Shown one piece after another: positions 49,739 through 58,673 of a stretch of DNA of 64,000 nucleotides. The notes beneath the pieces are model-generated. The model was not told where the DNA came from, did no database searches, and worked only from the letters and a program-made list of their open reading frames with translations. The position numbers and the translations under genes were made by a program. Position 1 is the stretch's first letter. Every line of letters begins with the position of its first letter. Source of the stretch: an uncultured cyanobacterium (GTDB taxonomy: Bacteria > Cyanobacteriota > Cyanobacteriia > Leptolyngbyales > Leptolyngbyaceae); the NCBI GenBank assembly GCA_963766075.1, contig CAVYAN010000048.1, forward strand, positions 1 through 64,000, written 5' to 3'.

Positions 49739-50369
49739 CGATCGCTATATCATCAACCCAGACGATTTGATTCTGTTTTGGGCAATGGTGGCCGCGTTGT
49801 GCCTAGGGTCTGTTTCGGCGCTGCTGCTGCTCGGGTCACCTACCGAATCTCCCAGCAGCAGCGCCCTAGCCCCACAGCCAGCAGCTTCGACAAGTGGCAA
49901 GGCTAAGCCTCTCCAGTCGCCCAAGAAAGCCAGCAGCCAGCAAATGGTGGCTTGGCTGCGTGAGGCAATCATCGGCCAGGAATCTGGAGGCGATCACACC
50001 CTGATGAATGCCAGTGGGTCAGGGGCCACCGGCCTGGGGCAGGTTATGCCTGAAAATATTGGCCCATGGAGCCTCGAAATCCTCGGCAGGCCGTTGAGCC
50101 AGCAGCAGTTTATTGACAGCCCCCAGCTTCAGCTCGCTATCATTGACGGCAAGCTAAAGCAGTACTGGAACGCCGCAATGCGGCAGACCAATGGCAAGGT
50201 CAACGAATCAGTGCGGCGATCGGCGTCAACTTGGTATTCCGGCGACCCCGAGTTGTTTGACGATCAGAAACCGCAGTTCTGGGGCGGCGATCGCTACCCC
50301 TCCATTGGCGAATACACAGAAGGCGTACTTTATAAGTTCACACGCCACAAAAAAGAGGCAGGATTTTAG
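49653..50369 (+). CDS. Lysozyme-like/lytic transglycosylase with N-terminal membrane anchor
   Basis: AIIGQESGG...GATGLGQVMP; true start probably downstream of 49653. Confidence 0.75.
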   Translation: MALQKRGTKKFPDSDVEEPQRMYSQTQTSDRYIINPDDLILFWAMVAALCLGSVSALLLLGSPTESPSSSALAPQPAASTSGKAKPLQSPKKASSQQMVAWLREAIIGQESGGDHTLMNASGSGATGLGQVMPENIGPWSLEILGRPLSQQQFIDSPQLQLAIIDGKLKQYWNAAMRQTNGKVNESVRRSASTWYSGDPELFDDQKPQFWGGDRYPSIGEYTEGVLYKFTRHKKEAGF

Positions 50370-50372
50370 ACC

Positions 50373-50753
50373 ATGGGGCGCGTGAAAGTACGGCGAGTTG
50401 TGAGGGTTCGGCAACAATTTCAAATGCCAAGAATTCCAGAAGTTGAGCTTTTCCCAAAGTTCAACTTTTCTGATATTAAAAGATGGCTTAAAGATGAGGT
50501 TGATTTCCTTGACAAAAACGCATCTTTCATCATCCTTTGTGTTGCTGGGTTTTTAGGAACTGCAACCGCGATCGCGCTCGGCGTGCTGCTGAGTAGCTGG
50601 GAAATTCTCAACCCTCTCTGCTGCTCCCTGTTGCTGGCCATTTACCTGCTCGCTCTCTACGTTCGATCCTACGGTCCTCACAGTCCTGCAAGTAAGCCAA
50701 AGGTCAATTCCTATAAAATATTGCGGCGATCGCGCCGTAGACCATTAGAATAA
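50373..50753 (+). CDS. Two-TM membrane protein
   Basis: Two hydrophobic helices with basic termini. Confidence 0.55.
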   Translation: MGRVKVRRVVRVRQQFQMPRIPEVELFPKFNFSDIKRWLKDEVDFLDKNASFIILCVAGFLGTATAIALGVLLSSWEILNPLCCSLLLAIYLLALYVRSYGPHSPASKPKVNSYKILRRSRRRPLE

Positions 50754-50794
50754 ACTCGAATGGATCTTGCATACCCTTCTTAGGAATTGACTGC

Positions 50795-50872
50795 GGCGGG
50801 CTTTGCCCGCCTTTTTAATGCAATTAGCCAAACAAAAAGCCCTTGCAAATCTTAGGAAGCAAGGGCTTTTTG
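50795..50872. terminator. Two intrinsic terminator hairpins between convergent units
   Basis: GGCGGGC-TTT-GCCCGCC-TTTTT, and CAAAAAGCCCTTGC...GCAAGGGCTTTTTG (14-bp stem). Confidence 0.8.
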
Positions 50873-51039
50873 CGTCTGTGGCAAGACTTTTTTGGGCGCT
50901 GGTTTAGCCGTCTCATTAGAATAGAAGTATTGTCGGAACCAAAAACACCGTAATTCTACCGATCTAGCGATCGCGGTACATAGATTGATTCTGAAAAAAG
51001 TAGCACCATTTATCTATGGAATAGTATGAAAGTATTGGC

Positions 51040-52752
51040 TTAAGCCGCTGCCAGCCAATCATTATCCTCGAAATCAACTTCGGCAAAAGCGTACACCAGC
51101 GCATCGGCATAGTCAGGGCTTTCATCCATATCCTCTTTGGACTGAATCACAATTTGCCCCGTGGCATTGAATCGCCGCAGCGGCATACTGAGCTGTGAAA
51201 TCAGTTCGGGGCAGTTAGGGATGCTAATCAGCTCATCGTCAGGGTATTCAGCCAGCCCATTGACTTGCTCAAACGTTTTCTCAAATCGGCGGCGCACAGT
51301 CCACCACATCTCTGCCCGCAGGTTTTTGAACATCGTTTTGGAGGTCTGATCGTCAAACTCCTCCCACACGCGATCGGTGCAAGCAGCCCCGCCGCTAACG
51401 CCCTGCACTTCAAAGGCCACATCATCAATCCGCGCTAGTGTCCCCCCCACCCCAGCACCCACACCGATGGGGTCATAGTTCAAGCGCTTGATCCGATACT
51501 TCTTCCCTAGCTCGCACGCCTTGTAAGCTGTGTCGGAGGTGTTGCCCTCTGCCCAGGCATCCACAAACAGCACCACCGGCCCCTGCTTGGTGATGAACAC
51601 GTTTTTGTTCTTCCCGCCGTTGGCCACGTCCAGACCAGCGCGGCGCGGCCCGGTTGCAGGTAAAATCAGCTCGACGGCGGCGCGAACCCACTTGCCCGGA
51701 ATGGTCACACCTTCCACGCTGGCGGCATAGTCGATGTCGATTTCCTGGGCTAAGACCACCGGATCGAGCTGCTTGCGCTTCTTCTCATACCACGGGTAGA
51801 TAGCTCCTTTCGGCGCGATCGCGCCCTTACCTTCAGCTAGGACGGTGACGCCATCATCGTCATAGACAACCCAGGAATTCTTTCGCTCATCGTACTTCCA
51901 GTGGAAGCTGAACACCGGATATTGCCCACCGTGGCGCTTGCGGGCGAAGGTATTGCCGTTGCCATTGGGGGTAGAGACGTAGATTTTGCAGTCTGAGTTT
52001 TCCGAGATAGCCGCATCCACACGGTTGGCCCGCTGCACAAAGGCAAACTCATCTAGGAAGTAGAGCGTGGAGCGCCCGCCGCGCCCCATCTGGTCACCCG
52101 CTTCACCCGTGATGGAGCTGCCGTTATCCCGATTGATGAACCGCAGCTCATTGTCCGTGTGGTCGGGCACCAGCCACTTGGGCAAGTTGCGGAGGGTGAT
52201 GCGAATCTTCTCAAACAGGGAGTCAGGGTTACCCAACTCATCCACCAAGTTGGACTTACGCGAGCCAAACGTGATTTTGGAACCAGGCACAAATAGCCAT
52301 TGCCACACCGCAAAGCTGGTACAGAGGCAGCTCAAGCCCGTATCCCGAGACTTCTCTACCAATCCATCCTCAGCCTCTTCCCCCGACTCCCCCGACCCAT
52401 TCACCCGAGCCTGAAGCCAGCGAATGAACTCGCCTTGCAGCGGGAACATATCAAAGGGGATGGTGCTGGGTTTACGGCGTGGATCGTAGGTCCAGCACCA
52501 GTTGTTGATGAAATAGCTGGGGTCGTTGGCGCACTGCTCGCGGATGGATGCTTGCAGGATTGGGTCATCCTCGGCGCTGTCTAGCAACGCGATGCGCCGT
52601 AGGACTGAATCGGTTGCAGGCAGAGAAGGCTTGGCCGTGACCTCTGATAATGTTTGGGCGATGCCTGCCGGATACTTAGAATATTCAGGGCGATCGCTAA
52701 CCTGCTGGATGTGGCGCTCTAGCTTTCGGGCGAAGTCAGCAATGCTGGCCAT
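51040..52752 (-). CDS. terL: Terminase large subunit
   Basis: EKSRDTGLS Walker A, YFLDEFA Walker B, STPNG, GLDVA, SPDYADAL nuclease motifs. Confidence 0.92.
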   Translation of the reverse strand: MASIADFARKLERHIQQVSDRPEYSKYPAGIAQTLSEVTAKPSLPATDSVLRRIALLDSAEDDPILQASIREQCANDPSYFINNWCWTYDPRRKPSTIPFDMFPLQGEFIRWLQARVNGSGESGEEAEDGLVEKSRDTGLSCLCTSFAVWQWLFVPGSKITFGSRKSNLVDELGNPDSLFEKIRITLRNLPKWLVPDHTDNELRFINRDNGSSITGEAGDQMGRGGRSTLYFLDEFAFVQRANRVDAAISENSDCKIYVSTPNGNGNTFARKRHGGQYPVFSFHWKYDERKNSWVVYDDDGVTVLAEGKGAIAPKGAIYPWYEKKRKQLDPVVLAQEIDIDYAASVEGVTIPGKWVRAAVELILPATGPRRAGLDVANGGKNKNVFITKQGPVVLFVDAWAEGNTSDTAYKACELGKKYRIKRLNYDPIGVGAGVGGTLARIDDVAFEVQGVSGGAACTDRVWEEFDDQTSKTMFKNLRAEMWWTVRRRFEKTFEQVNGLAEYPDDELISIPNCPELISQLSMPLRRFNATGQIVIQSKEDMDESPDYADALVYAFAEVDFEDNDWLAAA

Positions 52753-52766
52753 CGGTTTGAGTAATT

Positions 52767-52799
52767 AAAAAAAATGGCGGACCAGCTTAATCCGCCATT
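52767..52799 (-). terminator. Terminator-like hairpin just upstream of terL
   Basis: AATGGCGGA/TCCGCCATT stem with a T-run on the minus strand. Confidence 0.65.
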
Positions 52800-52828
52800 C
52801 ATGGACATCTGCGTATCGCTAGCTTTCC

Positions 52829-52864
52829 CAAAAAAAAGGCAAAGCCTCAGACTTTGCCTTTTGG
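52829..52864. terminator. Bidirectional terminator-like hairpin
   Basis: AAAAGGCAAAG-7nt-CTTTGCCTTTT. Confidence 0.7.
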
Positions 52865-53018
52865 AGAATATCAGTCGTGGTTGCAGCGCGTGACTTCTGC
52901 ACTTCCCATTGTTGCGACTTAGCCCACTTCGACAACCGTATTCCTGCTGACCTCGCAGCTCATGTCGGTGTAAGCCGGAAATTTTCGGTATACTTTTGGA
53001 ACAAATCTGGAGAACCTA

Positions 53019-54008
53019 ATGAAAAACGCAATCTTGTTTCATGGACGCAAAACGTTTGACGGTCGCATGGTTCACTGCCCAGACGGCATCGCTGCCGCGT
53101 GGGTTGTTCATAAATGGCTGAAATCGCAGGGGGAAGAAATTGTTTGGGTCAAGCCGTTTGACCATGGCGATCGCAATCAGGGCTTTGTGCCCAATATTGA
53201 CGGCGTAGAGCGCCTGTTTGTTGTGGATTTTGTACTCACAAGAGCCACGCTAGACCTATGGGAAAGGGCGGGCGTGAAGATTGAGGTGGTTGATCATCAT
53301 GAAAACAATCTTGCAATTTTAGGACTGCAAATATCTGATGTCATTGAATTGGTGACAGGCAACCTGACCATTGAATATAGCGCTGTAGAGTGCGGGGCCA
53401 CGCTGGCCTGGAAGCGATATTTCCCCGAGAGTGAGCCGCCCGCATTCCTCGCCTATGTCCGCGATCACGATATTTGGAAGAAAAAGCTTGTGTTCACGGA
53501 TGAAATCTACGAGGTCATCGCACACAAGCGGTATCTTGCTACGAAAGACCTGAAGGAAGGGAAAGAAGAGGCCGTTTTTTCCTACTTTGACGAACTTGCT
53601 GAATGGGATATGGACAAGATAAAACTCCTGATGCCTCTGGAAGGGGCTCGCCTGCTTCAGATTAAGCAGGAGAAGACCGAGATGGCGGTTGCTAGGTCTA
53701 CGCCGTGCGCCTACGGGCCTGCGACAATGGAGGATGGTTCAATCGCCGAATCTGTACCTGGACGGCTTGTAGCGCTGAATCCTGACGGCAGCGAGGATCG
53801 CCTCGTCAGTGACATTGGACATCTCCTGTTGCAAAAATACCCAGATATAAAGTTTGCGGCGATGAACACAGCAGGAGGCCGATGGGAGCTGCGGTCTGAA
53901 AGAGGTGGAGGGTTCAAATGCGTGGAAATTGCTTTAGCCTACGGCGGTGGTGGGCATCCTCACGCTTGCGGTTGCCAACAGGAAATCCAGTGGCTTGATG
54001 CGGATTAA
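53019..54008 (+). CDS. DHH/DHHA1 phosphoesterase
   Basis: HCPDG, VDF, VDHH, DHDIW, LRS, GGGGHPHACG. Confidence 0.9.
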   Translation: MKNAILFHGRKTFDGRMVHCPDGIAAAWVVHKWLKSQGEEIVWVKPFDHGDRNQGFVPNIDGVERLFVVDFVLTRATLDLWERAGVKIEVVDHHENNLAILGLQISDVIELVTGNLTIEYSAVECGATLAWKRYFPESEPPAFLAYVRDHDIWKKKLVFTDEIYEVIAHKRYLATKDLKEGKEEAVFSYFDELAEWDMDKIKLLMPLEGARLLQIKQEKTEMAVARSTPCAYGPATMEDGSIAESVPGRLVALNPDGSEDRLVSDIGHLLLQKYPDIKFAAMNTAGGRWELRSERGGGFKCVEIALAYGGGGHPHACGCQQEIQWLDAD

Positions 54009-54040
54009 TTCCTTAATTCAGTTTGATTAGCGTACAAAAA

Positions 54041-54700
54041 TCAACGAATGAATGGATTCCGAAAATTTCGTATAGCAGGCTGACCCTGCTTAAAATCGCC
54101 ACACAGTGTGGGCGTTTCTGGGCCACTGGGCCTAACTGCGCACATGATTGGAGTTGTGGACCCACTTCTATCTAGATTCCGATATTGGCACTCTAGACAA
54201 ACCGGAGGCGGAACGGAAGCGCTTGAAAAGGGCGATCGCCGCATAGAATTCCAGTGCGGCGATCGCCAAAAACCCAACGAGTGCAGATTTTTAAGAAGGC
54301 TTGCGATTTGCAGTGTTGCCCCGATGGCAGCGCGATCGCGATCGTAATCCCCCCACACTGAAATGCCCTCTAGGATTGGGATAATTCCCATCGCCAGGAA
54401 ATGAAGTGGTAGCAATTCTGGCCCGCCGAATTCAAGCGTCTGAACCGAAAGCAAGTAACTCAGGCCGGTTGAATTCAACCGATGACAAAACTGAACCATC
54501 AGACGGTCAGGGAGTACAGACATCCGGCTGCTGATCAGCACGTTGTAAAAAGGCGCGTTAAAGTCCAGTGTAAGCGGCTTGGAGAAATCAAGCATGTCTG
54601 GCACATCTTCGGGCGGATTTAGAATAATCGCCTCAATTTCTGTGGTCAGGTATTCTCTGAGCTGGATTCTTAAGGTCATTTTTACTCCAGATCGGGGCAT
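54041..54700 (-). CDS. Hypothetical protein with C-terminal Cys cluster (DUF6464-like)
   Basis: CLEC...MCAVRPSGP...CGDF. Confidence 0.55.
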   Translation of the reverse strand: MPRSGVKMTLRIQLREYLTTEIEAIILNPPEDVPDMLDFSKPLTLDFNAPFYNVLISSRMSVLPDRLMVQFCHRLNSTGLSYLLSVQTLEFGGPELLPLHFLAMGIIPILEGISVWGDYDRDRAAIGATLQIASLLKNLHSLGFWRSPHWNSMRRSPFSSASVPPPVCLECQYRNLDRSGSTTPIMCAVRPSGPETPTLCGDFKQGQPAIRNFRNPFIR

Positions 54701-55476
54701 GGCCCGGATTCGTAGCCGTAGGGGTGCATCGCGCAGACCAGAAGCTCATCCCCATATCTTCGCCCGTGAAAGTTTTTGCAGCCCCTGCATTGTTTGAGTG
54801 TAGATTGCTCGGCAGGCTGCTGCTCAAACTGTATAGGCTCATCCTGAAGTATTCGCAAGTCCATGCGTCGGAGTTGGCGAGCAATGTCCTGGTAAACCTC
54901 CCGCATCCTGGCTGTGTCTATGTTGATTCGGGGCACGATGTCGGGCATTTCATATCGCCGTATTCTCCCCTCTCCCAAATCTTCCCAAGGTGCTGACGGA
55001 TTGGCGCGGCCCTCCGCCCTAACACCCCGTAAAGCCTGTCCCCGTAGGGCTATGTGATCCGCCCTAGGCTGTTCAAAAACCTGATCGATTTGAAACGTTA
55101 TGACGGCAGCGGTTCGCAGTGCATTCAAGGCTTCTTGGGCTGATTCTGGTGCTGATGCAATAGCGTCTTGCAGCGCATCCAAGGCTTCTTGCGTCGGAGC
55201 CGAAACAAACACAGCGGAAGGGTCGATCCCACTTAGGGCTTCCTGAATGTCGCGTGCAAGCTGTCTTTGCATCGAAATGCGATCGCGATACCTTGTTATG
55301 GGATGTTGCGGGGGAAGGACGGGGAACAGTGTCGAGAAATTTGGCAGACGGTCTTTAAGACCGCTCGCAGCTTCGATGACGTGGTTTATGGCCTGCGCCA
55401 CAGAAGAGATGGCGCAGACGGGTTGGGGCTCGCTGGGGCTTGTGGGTTCTTCAATGGGCGTGAGTTCTTCGGTCAT
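54682..55476 (-). CDS. Hypothetical protein with C-terminal Cys cluster (DUF6464-like)
   Basis: CRGC...VCAMHPYG...CPD; likely start MTEELTP, coupled to the terS stop. Confidence 0.6.
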   Translation of the reverse strand: MTEELTPIEEPTSPSEPQPVCAISSVAQAINHVIEAASGLKDRLPNFSTLFPVLPPQHPITRYRDRISMQRQLARDIQEALSGIDPSAVFVSAPTQEALDALQDAIASAPESAQEALNALRTAAVITFQIDQVFEQPRADHIALRGQALRGVRAEGRANPSAPWEDLGEGRIRRYEMPDIVPRINIDTARMREVYQDIARQLRRMDLRILQDEPIQFEQQPAEQSTLKQCRGCKNFHGRRYGDELLVCAMHPYGYESGPCPDLE

Positions 55477-56246
55477 GATTCTTCCAGCTCCAACGGTTTT
55501 AACAAGTGGTTGGCGAAGATGGCTTGAACATTTCCCTTGACCGGGCTGACAGCTCCGTAAATTGCTGCGACCATATCGTCGGGTAACCATCCGGCATTGA
55601 ACAATAATTTTACCGCTTCCATCTCATCGATCTGCGGAACATCCAGCCCCCGAATCCGCCGAATTTGATCGATAGCAGCACCGTTGGCGGTGAGCAAGCT
55701 TTGGAGCGCTCGCGGGTCTGGCAGTCGCCCTGTGTCCAGGTTCGGATCAAACTGGGTGTCGAGGTACTCACCGATCACTTCCAGCGCTTTGCGGGCGTTG
55801 TACAACCCGCTCTCCATGTCGGCAATATCCTGGCTTACGGCTTCGTCAATGGCCTGGTCGATGCGTGCCTTGAGGCCAGTACGCGATCGGGGTACGCGAT
55901 CGCTCCGATCCCCCCGATCGCGTACTTCCTCAGCCTGCGCAATCTCGCCCGATCCCCGCCCTGCAACGCTTCCCCCTGCGGACAGCGATCGCGTATTTTT
56001 CTGCGGCGATCGCGCATTTTGGCCGCGATCGGCCTTAGAGCTACTTTGAGGTACCACTTCAGCGCCACTGAAATGGGCGTTAACCCGCCCCCGCTTCACC
56101 GCCGCTGCATCGCGTGACCAGTTGAGCTGCGTGGCCTTCTTGCGGATGCTGCCCTCGCTAATGCCATGCATCTTAGCCAGCGCTCTGTTTGAGGCTGTGT
56201 TGGCACGATACGCTACCTCAATACTGTTCCAATCGACATCCTTCAC
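55473..56246 (-). CDS. terS: Terminase small subunit
   Basis: DWNSIEVAYR...LAKMHGISEGSIRKKA...WSRD HTH, and IRRIRGLD. Confidence 0.7.
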   Translation of the reverse strand: MKDVDWNSIEVAYRANTASNRALAKMHGISEGSIRKKATQLNWSRDAAAVKRGRVNAHFSGAEVVPQSSSKADRGQNARSPQKNTRSLSAGGSVAGRGSGEIAQAEEVRDRGDRSDRVPRSRTGLKARIDQAIDEAVSQDIADMESGLYNARKALEVIGEYLDTQFDPNLDTGRLPDPRALQSLLTANGAAIDQIRRIRGLDVPQIDEMEAVKLLFNAGWLPDDMVAAIYGAVSPVKGNVQAIFANHLLKPLELEES

Positions 56247-56269
56247 GGCTCATCCCCTAGCAACTGAGC

Positions 56270-56485
56270 CTAGAGTTCCCCACGTCGCCGCCGCCAGCGA
56301 TTCAGGAGGGCGCTGGCGGCGGCTTCTTTGCTCAGGATGTTGTGGGCCTGCAAGGGGGACTCGCCCACAAGCGCAATCCAAAATTCAGGGACAAACACCT
56401 TGGGCTGAATGACAATGCCCACTGGAGCATCCTCCCAGTAGAGCCGCCATCCGCTCTCAGTCCGCCGAAGGTCAAAGCTGCGCAT
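56270..56485 (-). CDS. Small hypothetical protein
   Basis: Fills the gap between HNH and terS, co-oriented. Confidence 0.45.
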   Translation of the reverse strand: MRSFDLRRTESGWRLYWEDAPVGIVIQPKVFVPEFWIALVGESPLQAHNILSKEAAASALLNRWRRRRGEL

Positions 56486-56488
56486 AGG

Positions 56489-57100
56489 TCAGAGAAAGGA
56501 AAGCTGGATAGGGGATTGAACTTCGGGCACTCTCTTTCTAATTCTCCCTGCGGAAGCTTGCGGGGGCAACTCAAAGCGCGGAATGCGCTTGAAGACGGGT
56601 TCAATGAACATCTCTGGGCTTGGATTATCCCCCGTGGGCACACAGGCAAGCTGTCCGAGCCTTTCCCTGCGGGAATACAGCCTGGAGGCGCGAATCAGTC
56701 CTCGGATGCGATTGTCCAGGCGCAAGTGACAGACAACGCAGAGCGCTCGCAGGTTGTCGTCATCGTTCCGGCCAGGATTTTGGTCAAGGTGGGCTACGGT
56801 GAGCACGTAGCGCGTGGGCGATTCGAGCAAGTCCCAGTAGTTTGGGTGCAAAAGTTGCTGGCTCTTCACGCGGGCAAAAAATGCCTCGTCTGACTCATTG
56901 ATGGGCGGCAGTGGCTTCCGTGCTCGCCCATGGCTCAGGCGCGTGACAAAATCAACAAGCGACTCATTTGCCGCTCTGCACGGGCGTTTGCAGTGTTCGC
57001 AGACCCACCCTTTTTGACTTTTTAGGGTTTTGGATATTTTGTTCCAGTCAGGTGGATACAAAGCTTTTTGAATTGGCATATCCCCTCTTTTGCTTGCCAC
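56489..57100 (-). CDS. HNH endonuclease
   Basis: YPPDW, CEHC, LTVAHLDQNP...NLRALCVVCH. Confidence 0.85.
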   Translation of the reverse strand: MASKRGDMPIQKALYPPDWNKISKTLKSQKGWVCEHCKRPCRAANESLVDFVTRLSHGRARKPLPPINESDEAFFARVKSQQLLHPNYWDLLESPTRYVLTVAHLDQNPGRNDDDNLRALCVVCHLRLDNRIRGLIRASRLYSRRERLGQLACVPTGDNPSPEMFIEPVFKRIPRFELPPQASAGRIRKRVPEVQSPIQLSFL

Positions 57101-57153
57101 AGCGCCATTTCATGATTTTTATTGTACAATTTCTCGGGAAATGTTGTTAGCTC

Positions 57154-57459
57154 ATGGAGAACACCAAAATGAATAAGGGTGAATTGGTTGACGCCATTGC
57201 GGAAAAAACTGGCTGGTCAAAAAAAGATACGGAAACGTTTGTGACAGCTTTCACGGAAGTTGTCACCGAAGCCCTGGCAAGTGCGACCAAGGTAACCTTG
57301 GTCGGGTTTGGGACATTTGAACCCAGACTTGCGAAGGCGCGGACAGCGAGAAACCCCCAGACGGGGGCTGAAATCACCGTACCAGCAAGCTATCGGGCGG
57401 TTTTTTCCGCAGGCAAGGTGTTGAAGGATAAGGTTCGGGAGCTGCTCGTCGCCGCGTAG
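57154..57459 (+). CDS. hup: HU DNA-binding protein
   Basis: MNKGELVDAIAEK, VTLVGFGTF, ARNPQTG, FSAGKVLK. Confidence 0.95.
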   Translation: MENTKMNKGELVDAIAEKTGWSKKDTETFVTAFTEVVTEALASATKVTLVGFGTFEPRLAKARTARNPQTGAEITVPASYRAVFSAGKVLKDKVRELLVAA

Positions 57460-57606
57460 CGATCGCAGCGATCGCCGCCCAGGTCCATCATCAACCGACC
57501 ATGGATGGATGGGTGAGCGTGCCCCCTTAGATTCCCTTTGGAGGGGTGCTGCGGCCTTGCTGTGGTGCCCCTCCCTCGTTTTTTGCACAATCCCCTGGAG
57601 AGTTGA

Positions 57607-58038
57607 ATGACCGAACCCAATCCGCACGATCGCTGGCCAGGACCGGCGCTAGTTCAAGCGTTAATCGCCTTGCAGCCTGACTTACACGGTTTCATTGAGG
57701 CACCCAGAGCCGACATCAGCCCCGCCTACCTGGTGGCAGACTTGGTTCACGAAGTGTTGGGCATGACCTCATCGGTGAAGATTTGCGAATACTTGACGAG
57801 GCGAATCAAGTCCGAGGCTGCCGTTGCCGAGGCGTTGATGAGCAAAATCCCGGCCAATGACGCGATCGTAGACTGTGAGCTGATCCACTTTCGGATTATT
57901 GACGGCGTAAAATTCATCACACTGACCGGAATTATTTCCGCGATCGGCAGGGCTTTGGGGGATCCAATCATTTCATGCTATGACGGAACCGGCCAGCGAA
58001 TTATCCGCTTTCAAGCCCTGTCCCAGGTAGACACTTAA
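57607..58038 (+). CDS. Hypothetical protein
   Basis: 143 aa with GGAG upstream. Confidence 0.5.
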   Translation: MTEPNPHDRWPGPALVQALIALQPDLHGFIEAPRADISPAYLVADLVHEVLGMTSSVKICEYLTRRIKSEAAVAEALMSKIPANDAIVDCELIHFRIIDGVKFITLTGIISAIGRALGDPIISCYDGTGQRIIRFQALSQVDT

Positions 58039-58042
58039 GCCC

Positions 58043-58372
58043 ATGGAAATCATTTTTTCAAGTGAGTCCCCTGACTTGGTTGTCTCCAGCCAGGGTCAGG
58101 AAATCTTAGTCAAGGTTACTAAGCGGGGTCGGGACTGGGCTCGCAAAGACGGACAGCCCCAAGGCTCGGCGCGATGCCATGGGTCGAAAGTTCACTTGAT
58201 GAATGCCGTGGTTAGCGTCGGCCTGATCGACAAAAAGTCGGGATGGAGCCCAGCGCTTTGCGGGGAGCAGCCGCAGGGCGACGGCGGATGGGGGCTGCGA
58301 TCGGACAAGACTATTGTGACGTGCAGGAAATGCCTGCGGCTTGACCTAACCGGGGGAAAAAGATTTGAATAG
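58043..58372 (+). CDS. Hypothetical Cys/His protein
   Basis: KVH...ALCG...VTCRKC. Confidence 0.5.
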   Translation: MEIIFSSESPDLVVSSQGQEILVKVTKRGRDWARKDGQPQGSARCHGSKVHLMNAVVSVGLIDKKSGWSPALCGEQPQGDGGWGLRSDKTIVTCRKCLRLDLTGGKRFE

Positions 58373-58673
58373 CGCCTCCATACGATTCATCAAAAACAAC
58401 TGGAGGCTGCTACTGCATCCGAGCGCCAAAGATTTTGCGCCGCTCTTTGAGAGATCGGTGTTCAATTCTGTGATGTTGATAGTGGACGCTCTCAGTAAGG
58501 ATGACTGGTTGACGATCGGAGAGTTGTCAGAGGACACGGGCCTAGGGCCAGACAGCATTAGTCAGGTCACGTCAGCGCTGCCAGAACTGTTTGAAAAATT
58601 CCCATGCCCCGAGGAGAAGCGCGGGCGCGAGGTTGCGATCAGGCTTAGGGTTGCGATTCCAGCGCTGCGGTGA
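58365..58673 (+). CDS. Winged-helix-like protein
   Basis: WLTIGELSEDTGLGPDSISQV. Confidence 0.5.
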   Translation: MNSASIRFIKNNWRLLLHPSAKDFAPLFERSVFNSVMLIVDALSKDDWLTIGELSEDTGLGPDSISQVTSALPELFEKFPCPEEKRGREVAIRLRVAIPALR

